Source of the DNA: a virus
Lineage: Duplodnaviria > Heunggongvirae > Uroviricota > Caudoviricetes
IMG/VR virus record: IMGVR_UViG_2541047945_000012
Length of the DNA stretch: 7,139 nt
Direction: 5' to 3' (one strand)
The position numbers were made by a program, and so were the translations under genes. The notes under the pieces were generated by a model. The model worked only from the letters and a program-made list of their open reading frames with translations, was not told where the DNA came from and did not search any database. How positions within the stretch are numbered: position 1 is the stretch's first letter; each line of letters begins with the position of its first letter. This document shows positions 1 to 5,365 of this stretch, in pieces.

Positions 1-516
1 ATGAAATTTAAAAAATGTCTTCTGCCTGTGGCAATGTTAGCGTCATTCACTCTGGCAGGATGCCAGTCAAATGCTGACGATCATGCTGCCGATGTTTATC
101 AAACCGATCAACTGAATACCAAACAAGAAACTAAAACCGTTAATATTATTTCCATTCTTCCCGCAAAAGTTGCCGTAGACAACTCCCAAAATAAACGGAA
201 CGCACAAGCCTTCGGCGCGCTTATTGGCGCAGTCGCTGGCGGTGTTATCGGCCACAACGTCGGGTCTGGCAGCAATTCCGGAACGACGGCAGGTGCAGTT
301 GGCGGCGGAGCTGTAGGCGCGGCAGCGGGTTCTATGGTGAATGATAAAACCTTAGTGGAAGGTGTTTCTTTAACCTATAAGGAAGGCACCAAAGTGTATA
401 CCTCTACCCAGGTGGGTAAAGAGTGCCAGTTTACGACAGGTTTAGCCGTTGTTATTACCACGACGTATAACGAAACGCGTATTCAGCCAAATACCAAATG
501 TCCTGAAAAGAGCTAA
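1..516 (+). CDS. yfgH: Outer-membrane lipoprotein with a glycine-zipper (YcfJ / 17-kDa-antigen-like) segment; YfgH-like
   Basis: ATG at 1, stop at 514-516, 171 aa. Lipoprotein signal peptide MKFKKCLLPVAMLASFTLAG-C with lipobox LAGC and Gln at +2. Gly/Ala-rich block GALIGAVAGGVIGHNVGSGSNSGTTAGAVGGGAVGAAAG resembles glycine-zipper lipoproteins. Symbol is from my recollection of E. coli yfgH-yfgI-guaA synteny and protein size, not from a search. Upstream signals lie outside the window. Confidence 0.8.
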   Translation: MKFKKCLLPVAMLASFTLAGCQSNADDHAADVYQTDQLNTKQETKTVNIISILPAKVAVDNSQNKRNAQAFGALIGAVAGGVIGHNVGSGSNSGTTAGAVGGGAVGAAAGSMVNDKTLVEGVSLTYKEGTKVYTSTQVGKECQFTTGLAVVITTTYNETRIQPNTKCPEKS

Positions 517-531
517 TAATCAGGAGGAGTC

Positions 532-1071
532 ATGAAGAAAGTTTTTCTTTGCGCCATCTTAGCCTCCTTAAGCTATCCGGCTATCGCCTCATCATTGCAG
601 GATCAACTCTCTGCTGTCGCAGAAGCGGAACAGCAAGGTAAAAATGAAGAGCAAAGGCAGCATGACGAATGGGTCGCGGAGCGCAACAGGGAAATCCAGC
701 AAGAGAAGCAACGTCGCGCAAATGCCCAGGCCGCCGCTAACAAAAGAGCGGCAACGGCAGCGGCAAATAAGAAAGCTCGTCAGGATAAACTGGACGCCGA
801 AGCCTCTGCGGACAAAAAACGCGATCAAAGTTATGAAGATGAGCTACGCAGCTTAGAGATTCAGAAACAAAAACTGGCGCTGGCGAAAGAAGAAGCCCGC
901 GTTAAGCGAGAAAACGAATTTATCGATCAGGAACTGAAGCACAAAGCTGCGCAAACCGATGTGGTGCAATCTGAAGCTGACGCCAACAGAAATATGACTG
1001 AAGGCGGTCGCGATCTGATGAAAAGCGTGGGCAAAGCAGAAGAGAACAAATCGGACAGCTGGTTTAATTAA
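532..1071 (+). CDS. yfgI: Secreted Ala/Lys/Glu/Gln-rich coiled-coil periplasmic protein (TolA-domain-II-like composition); YfgI-like
   Basis: SD AGGAGGAG at 521-528, ATG at 532, TAA at 1069-1071, 179 aa. Sec-type signal peptide MKKVFLCAILASLSYPAIA-SS. Mature part is strongly charged and low-complexity (AANKRAATAAANKKARQDKLDAEA...). Symbol is tentative, from recalled synteny and size only. Confidence 0.8.
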   Translation: MKKVFLCAILASLSYPAIASSLQDQLSAVAEAEQQGKNEEQRQHDEWVAERNREIQQEKQRRANAQAAANKRAATAAANKKARQDKLDAEASADKKRDQSYEDELRSLEIQKQKLALAKEEARVKRENEFIDQELKHKAAQTDVVQSEADANRNMTEGGRDLMKSVGKAEENKSDSWFN

Positions 1072-1110
1072 TCGATGTTAGTAACTTCAATCCTATAATT
1101 CTTGAAGATA

Positions 1111-1142
1111 AAAAACCCTCTGTAGTAACAGAGGGTTTTGTT
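1111..1142. terminator. Bidirectional rho-independent terminator
   Basis: Perfect 8-bp stem CCCTCTGT (1116-1123) / ACAGAGGG (1128-1135) with 4-nt loop AGTA, flanked by A5 (1111-1115) and T4 plus GTT (1136-1142). It lies 40 bp after the yfgI-like stop and between the convergent gene sets. Confidence 0.75.
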
Positions 1143-1163
1143 CATTCATAGTGCAGGGTCAAA

Positions 1164-1181
1164 TCATTCCCACTCAATTAT
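1164..1181 (-). other. guaA: Orphan 3'-terminal codons of guaA (GMP synthase), I-I-E-W-E-stop; candidate displaced att-side fragment
   Basis: Minus-strand codons ATA ATT GAG TGG GAA TGA (1181..1164), preceded in frame by TAA (1184..1182). GMP synthases end in ...TIEWE (recalled, not searched). Position and convergent orientation relative to the yfgI-like gene match recalled E. coli K-12 synteny. Only 4-5 codons long, so the call is weak taken alone. Confidence 0.4.
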
Positions 1182-1207
1182 TTACGACAATCATAACTAA
1201 TTGAGTG
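1171..1207. repeat. Perfect 10-bp inverted repeat CACTCAATTA / TAATTGAGTG with 17-bp spacer, overlapping the guaA terminal codons
   Basis: 1171-1180 cactcaatta and 1198-1207 taattgagtg are exact reverse complements. Located at the inferred host/prophage boundary. Confidence 0.6.
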
Positions 1208-1288
1208 ATAACATTTTTCCAAAACTTCATTTTTCTAGTACCGTTTTATATACCGTCACCGGAAATCAGTACCATGAAAAATGCCATG

Positions 1289-1771
1289 CTATCTGGTCAG
1301 GGTGTCGTATTGTTTTTCGCAGACTCTTCCGGCTTCGGCTGCCCGGTCAGCATACTCTGCCAGTTGTCTGTTTCTCTCGAGAGATTTGCTGAGCACGTCG
1401 GCAAGCAAAACTCCGGTGTCTGCGGCTGACGTCCCAGCGCCGACAATGGCGTTATACTGCCTGAGCTGCTCACGGATGGCAAAGAGTTGTTGCTGCAACC
1501 GGCCAGCGCGAGCGGCAGCATCAAGAGCATCATTGCGCGCCTGGTCGATCCTCTGCTGCGCTTCACGTTCATTGATCGATTTCTCCTGTTCGTAGTGCTG
1601 ACGAACTATCTCATCTTCAGCTTTGCGGTCTTCCTTCGCCTGCGCATACCCGGCATCGTACTGACGACTGCCGTGTGCATTCCAGGCTACAACTCCTGAT
1701 ATGACCAGAACAGCAAGCATCGCCATGATAACCAACTGTTTCCAGTATGCTTTTGCGAATGCCCAGATCAT
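1289..1771 (-). CDS. Rz-like i-spanin (inner-membrane spanin subunit)
   Basis: ATG at 1771..1769 overlaps the endolysin stop (ATGA, 1768-1771); SD AGGTG 8 nt upstream; TAG at 1291..1289; 160 aa. N-terminal TM ([21 protein letters not shown]) followed by a charged, Gln/Arg/Glu/Ala-rich predicted coiled coil and a C-terminal Cys. Classic position after the endolysin. Confidence 0.85.
   Translation of the reverse strand: MIWAFAKAYWKQLVIMAMLAVLVISGVVAWNAHGSRQYDAGYAQAKEDRKAEDEIVRQHYEQEKSINEREAQQRIDQARNDALDAAARAGRLQQQLFAIREQLRQYNAIVGAGTSAADTGVLLADVLSKSLERNRQLAEYADRAAEAGRVCEKQYDTLTR
1297..1572 (-). CDS. Rz1-like o-spanin (outer-membrane lipoprotein), fully embedded in the +1 frame of Rz
   Basis: ATG at 1572..1570 with SD AGGAGA 9 nt upstream; 91 aa. 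Signal peptide [26 protein letters not shown] with lipobox LAGC. Mature part about 65 aa, Pro-rich (8 Pro) with two Cys. Stops 8 nt before the Rz stop. Confidence 0.8.
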   Translation of the reverse strand: MNVKRSRGSTRRAMMLLMLPLALAGCSNNSLPSVSSSGSITPLSALGRQPQTPEFCLPTCSANLSRETDNWQSMLTGQPKPEESAKNNTTP

Positions 1772-2397
1772 ACCGCCAGCACCTTACTGGCAGTTATGTA
1801 TCGCGCGCGCCGGTCATCAATGCCGTTCCGGCCACCATTGATAAGCAGAGTTACACGTGCAATATCTCCGGTATACTTCATGCAGCCTTTGCTGGAGAAG
1901 AACCACGCCGCGCTACGAGCCGCGTATTCGTCCTGCGCCAGCAGTTCAGGACTCTCCAGCAGGTCAACCTTAAGACCGTTTCCACAGTCACGATAGTTAT
2001 TCAAACCGGTAATCTGGATAAGTCCGCGCCCACGGTAGTTCCAGCCGTCACCAGGGGCATTGTTCCCCATGCGTTTGCTGTACACCAGATTGGCGATCGC
2101 TCGCTGGCGCTCGAGTGGCAATGGTGGCTCACCAGCACGTCGCCCCAGTGCATTAGCCTGCCCCTGAGTGAGACGCCCAGCCCGAACGAAGTTAGCCAGT
2201 CCGCTGACGCTGTAGTTGAAATTCTCCTGCAACCGGGTGAAGCCCACAGACTCATGCCCGACCTGAGCAATAAACATTGCCAGATCTTCTGGTTTGCTGA
2301 TACCAAACTCTTTCATCGCAGAAGTTATATGCGAGAACCAGCGTGCGGCCAGCGCCTCGCTAATACCAGCAGCTCGCTGGAATTGTTTAATCTCCAT
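1768..2397 (-). CDS. Endolysin, glycoside hydrolase family 19 (chitinase-fold lysozyme), cytoplasmic (no signal or SAR segment)
   Basis: ATG at 2397..2395 with SD GAGG 8 nt upstream; TGA at 1770..1768; 209 aa ([13 protein letters not shown]...). The ORF-track start at 2562 is an upstream extension without an RBS. Contains GH19-type catalytic motifs [10 protein letters not shown] and GRGLIQITG (compare plant chitinase HETG and RGPIQ(I/L)S motifs, from memory). Confidence 0.85.
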   Translation of the reverse strand: MEIKQFQRAAGISEALAARWFSHITSAMKEFGISKPEDLAMFIAQVGHESVGFTRLQENFNYSVSGLANFVRAGRLTQGQANALGRRAGEPPLPLERQRAIANLVYSKRMGNNAPGDGWNYRGRGLIQITGLNNYRDCGNGLKVDLLESPELLAQDEYAARSAAWFFSSKGCMKYTGDIARVTLLINGGRNGIDDRRARYITASKVLAV

Positions 2398-2695
2398 GTT
2401 TAGACCTCGATATTTTGAAAATCTGAACAACGTTACCGCGTGTTTTAATAACCGCGGCAAGCATGACAGCGTTGATAATGACCTCAGATAAATCCACAGC
2501 CATTGGCGTGCGTAACCAGATTGCATAAGCGACACGAACTGGAATGCTGGCCGCAGCAACAATCAGGAAATAAGCAAGCCACCCACCCCATCGCCTGTGT
2601 TGAGAACCGTTTCTCCGAAATGTGGCAACTCGAACTGCTATACCGGCGCAAATAACCGCATTGGTGATAAGCAAAAAAAGCTCATGAGTTACCAT
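2387..2695 (-). CDS. Small membrane protein between holin and endolysin (2-3 TM; candidate antiholin, second holin or lysis regulator)
   Basis: ATG at 2695..2693 with SD GGGGAG 8 nt upstream; TAA at 2389..2387; 102 aa. Overlaps the holin 3' end by 14 bp and the endolysin start by 11 bp, suggesting translational coupling. TM1 [16 protein letters not shown], a highly basic loop ([15 protein letters not shown]), TM2 [22 protein letters not shown], and a possible short third hydrophobic segment. Confidence 0.7.
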   Translation of the reverse strand: MVTHELFLLITNAVICAGIAVRVATFRRNGSQHRRWGGWLAYFLIVAAASIPVRVAYAIWLRTPMAVDLSEVIINAVMLAAVIKTRGNVVQIFKISRSKHGD

Positions 2696-3086
2696 CGTCT
2701 TTTCTCCCCGGAATTAACTCGCGTGGATTATCGGAACGGTGATAGAGCCAGATCCCAATTCGCACAGCGACGATTGCTGACACAAATGCACCGGCAGAGA
2801 AAACAATCCCTTTCTCGAAAGAATCCTGTGTGATTGTAGGGATCAGGCTGGCTATGCCGATAAGAATTGATGCTGCTGGTTTGTAGAATAGAAGTCCGCA
2901 GAGAAAGCTAAGCATCGACAAGAGCACGCGACGACGAATGGGATACTCTACCGCAGAGGTAACAAAAATCACCGCCCCAGCCAAAGACCCCAAAGCAACC
3001 TCAGGAGGAACTCCTGCTATCACTGCCGCCAAAGAACTCATGCTAAGCCACTGATTTAAAGTTTCACTGGTTAGTTGAGCTGACAT
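2682..3086 (-). CDS. Holin, class-I-like (three TM segments, charged C-terminal tail)
   Basis: ATG at 3086..3084 (MSAQLTSETLNQW...), preceded by GGTGG with a 5-nt spacer; an in-frame GTG at 3095 is the ORF-track start. TGA at 2684..2682; about 134 aa. Three hydrophobic segments (LAAVIAGVPPEVALGSLAGAVIFV; VLLSMLSFLCGLLFY...ILIGIASLI; IVFSAGAFVSAIVAVRIGIWLY) and a charged tail [19 protein letters not shown]. First gene of the lysis cluster. Confidence 0.75.
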   Translation of the reverse strand: MSAQLTSETLNQWLSMSSLAAVIAGVPPEVALGSLAGAVIFVTSAVEYPIRRRVLLSMLSFLCGLLFYKPAASILIGIASLIPTITQDSFEKGIVFSAGAFVSAIVAVRIGIWLYHRSDNPRELIPGRKDDGNS

Positions 3087-3143
3087 GTTTTCCACCGTTT
3101 ATATGCATAACTACCTCCTGAACAGTAAAGCATTACGCATGAT

Positions 3144-3159
3144 AAACCATTTATGGTTT
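3144..3159. promoter_or_regulatory. Perfect 16-bp palindrome AAACCAT-TT-ATGGTTT just downstream of the putative promoter (candidate operator or 5'-UTR hairpin)
   Basis: 7-bp arms are exact reverse complements with a 2-bp centre. Starts about 12 bp downstream of the -10 hexamer, so it overlaps the predicted transcription start region of the lysis operon. Confidence 0.45.
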
Positions 3160-3170
3160 TTTGTTACCCA

Positions 3171-3199
3171 ATATTACCAATCCAATTCGCGATGGTCAA
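3171..3199 (-). promoter_or_regulatory. Candidate sigma70 promoter for the lysis operon: TTGACC - 17 nt - TAATAT, with TGn extended -10
   Basis: On the minus strand, -35 TTGACC (3199..3194), 17-nt spacer, -10 TAATAT (3176..3171) preceded by TGG. AT-rich upstream. Predicted start near 3164, about 78 nt upstream of the holin ATG. Confidence 0.45.
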
Positions 3200-3451
3200 A
3201 ACATATCCACAGCGGTAAGTTTGAGTGTTTTCATTTCCAAAACTTTATACAATAATATATGCAGTCTGTTATTTTTACGCACAATAAAAACACGATACCA
3301 GCTATTTCGCCATAAATACAATTTCCTTTAATGCTGCCAACAGTGCCTGCAAAACATATAACAGAACACATAAATAACAGGCATAATATAGATTTAATAA
3401 TCCAAGTGCATATAAATATCATTTAAGAAGTTAAGATCATTATTATAATAA

Positions 3452-3483
3452 CAATAACCCCGCTGTTTTATTCGGGGTTATTG
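3452..3483. terminator. Hairpin terminator downstream of the tail fibre gene
   Basis: Stem AACCCCG (3456-3462) / CGGGGTT (3473-3479), extendable to 11 bp, with a 10-nt loop. On the minus strand it is followed by a U-rich tract (TTATTATAATA). It begins 10 bp after the tail fibre stop (3493-3495). Confidence 0.5.
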
Positions 3484-3492
3484 CATTTATTA

Positions 3493-4029
3493 TTACATTG
3501 ACATTAATATAAACATGGCTAATTCGTCATAACGAATTCCGTAGCGTCCTCCTGCTTTTTTTACAAGAATCATATCTCCTGTTTTATATTGAGAATAAAT
3601 TTTCTCACCTGTATCAGGATCTGTGCTCTCTTCAGTTATCACCTCTTCATCCCATACGTCAGGCCATTCATCGTAACACCAAAAAGCATATTGCTCAGGG
3701 TTTAAACCATGCTTTCTAAGAATATCCCCTACGGTTTGAGCGCCAACGCCAAAATGATACCTGGACGACTCAATTCCTTTGTGATTAATTGAGTCATTAA
3801 ATTTAAATTTATAGATGACTGACTTTATTTCAATAGCGGCATCACGCTCTGCATTAAGAATATCATATCTTGTTTTAAGAGTTTCATCTGACGTATTGAT
3901 TGACCCGGTTCCTGCATAGATAACAGAGCATCTGTTTGATGGCTGTCCAATAGCTTTAACATTATCATCAACAGGAGCTATTTTATTAGCATCTGCCAAC
4001 CACCAGTCTGTTCCATCAGCGTGACCGAT
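3493..4029 (-). pseudogene. Tail fibre/tailspike gene, C-terminal fragment (distal to the IS2 insertion) including an intramolecular-chaperone-like domain
   Basis: In frame with fragment 5361-6914 once IS2 and one copy of the 5-bp duplication are removed. TAA at 3495..3493. Encodes ...GHADGTDWWLADANKIAPVDD...SINTSDETLKTRYDIL...GGRYGIRYDELAMFILMSM. The first 9 codons of ORF-track entry 3493..4056 are IS2-derived. Confidence 0.8.
4025..4029. repeat. IS2 target-site duplication, copy 1 (CCGAT)
   Basis: ccgat immediately flanks the IS2 end at 4030; identical to 5361-5365. Confidence 0.85.
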
Positions 4030-4040
4030 TGGATTTGCCC

Positions 4041-4946
4041 CTATATTTCCAGACATCTGTTATCACTTAACCCATTACAAGCCCGCTGCCGCAGATATTC
4101 CCGTGGCGAGCGATAACCCAGCGCACTATGCGGATGCCATTCGTTATAATGCTCGAACGCCTCTGCAAGGTTCTTTGCTGCCGTTAACCCGTCTGGTTTG
4201 GGCATGATACTGATGTAGTCACGCTTTATCGTTTTCACGAAGCTCTCTGCTATTCCGTTACTCTCCGGACTCCGCACCGCCGTGTTCTTCGGTTCAAGTC
4301 CCAACATCCGGGCGAACTGGCGTGTTTCATTAGCCCGGTAGCATGAACCATTATCCGTCAGCCACTCCACTGGAGACGACGGAAGATCGTTGCCGAAGCG
4401 GCGTTCCACCGCTCCCAGCATGACGTCCTGTACTGTTTCACTGTTGAAGCCGCCGGTAGTGACCGCCCAGTGCAGTGCCTCACGATCACAGCAGTCCAGC
4501 GCGAACGTGACACGCAGTCTCTCTCCGTTATCACAGCAGAACTCGAACCCGTCAGAGCACCATCGCTGATTGCTTTCTTTCACGGCCACTCTGCCTGTAT
4601 GTGCCCGTTTCGATGGCGGTACAGCAGGTTTTCGCTCAAGCAACAGCGCATTCTGGCGCATGATCCGGTAAACACGTTTGGCATTGATCGCAGGCATACC
4701 ATCAAGTTCTGCCTGTCTGCGAAGCAGCGCCCATACCCGACGATAACCATACGTTGGCAGCTCTCCGATAACATGGTGTATACGGAGAAGCACATCCGTA
4801 TCATCAGTGTGACGACTGCGGCGGCCATCCATCCAGTCATCGGTTCGTCTGAGAATGACGTGCAACTGCGCACGCGACACCCGGAGACAACGGCTGACTA
4901 AGCTTACTCCCCATCCCCGGGCAATAAGGGCGCGTGCGCTATCCAC
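4041..4946 (-). CDS. insD: IS2 transposase OrfB (InsD; DDE catalytic domain), normally made as an OrfAB fusion by -1 frameshift
   Basis: 301-aa [37 protein letters not shown]...[11 protein letters not shown], recognised as IS2 InsD. Overlaps insC in the -1 frame at the A6G site. Confidence 0.9.
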
Positions 4947-5269
4947 TTTTTTGCCCGTCCATATTCAACGGCTTCTTTGAGGAGTTCATTTTCCATCGTT
5001 TTCTTGCCGAGCAGGCGCTGGAGTTCTTTAATCTGCTTCATGGCGGCAGCAAGTTCAGAGGCAGGAACAACCTGTTCTCCGGCGGCGACAGCAGTAAGAC
5101 TTCCTTCCTGGTATTGCTTACGCCAGAGAAATAACTGGCTGGCTGCTACACCATGTTGCCGGGCAACGAGGGAGACCGTCATCCCCGGTTCAAAGCTCTG
5201 CTGAACAATTGCGATCTTTTCCTGTGTGGTACGCCGTCTGCGTTTCTCCGGCCCTAAGACATCAATCAT
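4904..5269 (-). CDS. insC: IS2 OrfA (InsC; helix-turn-helix DNA-binding/regulatory protein)
   Basis: ATG at 5269..5267 with SD GGAG 5 nt upstream; 121 aa [41 protein letters not shown]... The ORF-track start at 5314 is an upstream extension. Confidence 0.9.
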
Positions 5270-5360
5270 CTGTTCTCCAATGACTAGTCTAAAAACTAGT
5301 ATTAAGACTATCACTTATTTAAGTGATATTGGTTGTCTGGAGATTCAGGGGGCCAGTCTA

Positions 5361-5365
5361 CCGAT
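5361..5365. repeat. IS2 target-site duplication, copy 2 (CCGAT)
   Basis: ccgat immediately after the IS2 end at 5360; identical to 4025-4029. Confidence 0.85.

Larger units (their letters stand above)
4030..5360 (-). mobile_element. IS2 (IS3 family), complete 1331-bp copy, inverted relative to the window
   Basis: Termini match the IS2 ends as I recall them: plus strand 4030 TGGATTTGCCCCTATATTTCCAGACATCTGTTATCACTTAA... and ...AGATTCAGGGGGCCAGTCTA ending at 5360. Length 1331 bp. Encodes InsC and InsD with an A6G slippery heptamer (minus strand 4952..4946). Flanked by a 5-bp direct repeat. Confidence 0.9.

Noticed and set aside
67-255. 62-aa ORF on the minus strand inside the lipoprotein gene
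   Set aside because: Antisense to a well-supported gene, with no RBS and an implausible hydrophobic, low-complexity product; a frame artefact.
592-856. Overlapping ORFs (78 aa minus strand, 70 aa plus strand) inside the yfgI-like gene
   Set aside because: Alternative-frame and antisense reads of a repetitive charged coding region; no independent start signals.
1-1071. Lipoprotein and coiled-coil pair as bor-like phage morons downstream of the lysis genes
   Set aside because: Considered because lambda carries the lipoprotein gene bor in the equivalent position, but the guaA terminal remnant at 1164-1181 and recalled yfgH-yfgI-guaA synteny favour host genes. Not fully excluded without a search.
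1201-1699. Four plus-strand ORFs (63-104 aa) opposite Rz/Rz1
   Set aside because: Antisense to the spanin genes, which have strong positional and sequence support; Cys/Arg/Ser-rich junk-like products.
1747-2403. 218-aa plus-strand ORF opposite the endolysin
   Set aside because: Exactly antisense to the GH19 endolysin; no RBS and no recognisable features. Such long antisense ORFs are common opposite GC-balanced genes.
2398-2562. 55-codon N-terminal extension of the endolysin ORF (track start at 2562)
   Set aside because: No RBS at 2562 and the extension overlaps the upstream membrane-protein gene; the ATG at 2397 has a GAGG SD and begins the recognisable lysozyme sequence.
1796-2833. Other short ORFs in the endolysin/holin region (1796-1996 +, 2001-2306 -, 2294-2491 +, 2597-2833 +)
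   Set aside because: Out-of-frame or antisense overlaps with the lysis genes; no start signals.
3231-3422. 63-aa Cys/Ile/Phe-rich ORF in the AT-rich spacer (possible small hydrophobic toxin-like peptide)
   Set aside because: No Shine-Dalgarno upstream, and the composition is what AT-rich DNA produces by chance. Cannot be fully excluded as a small membrane peptide, but there is no positive evidence.
4030-4056. First 9 codons (MSGNIGANP) of ORF 3493..4056
   Set aside because: This start lies inside the IS2 terminal repeat; the real coding sequence is the interrupted tail fibre gene, not a new gene starting here.
4470-5204. ORFs inside IS2 on the plus strand or in alternative frames (4470-4901 +, 4580-4873 -, 4934-5134 +, 4977-5204 +)
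   Set aside because: IS2 encodes only InsC and InsD; these are antisense or overlapping frame artefacts.
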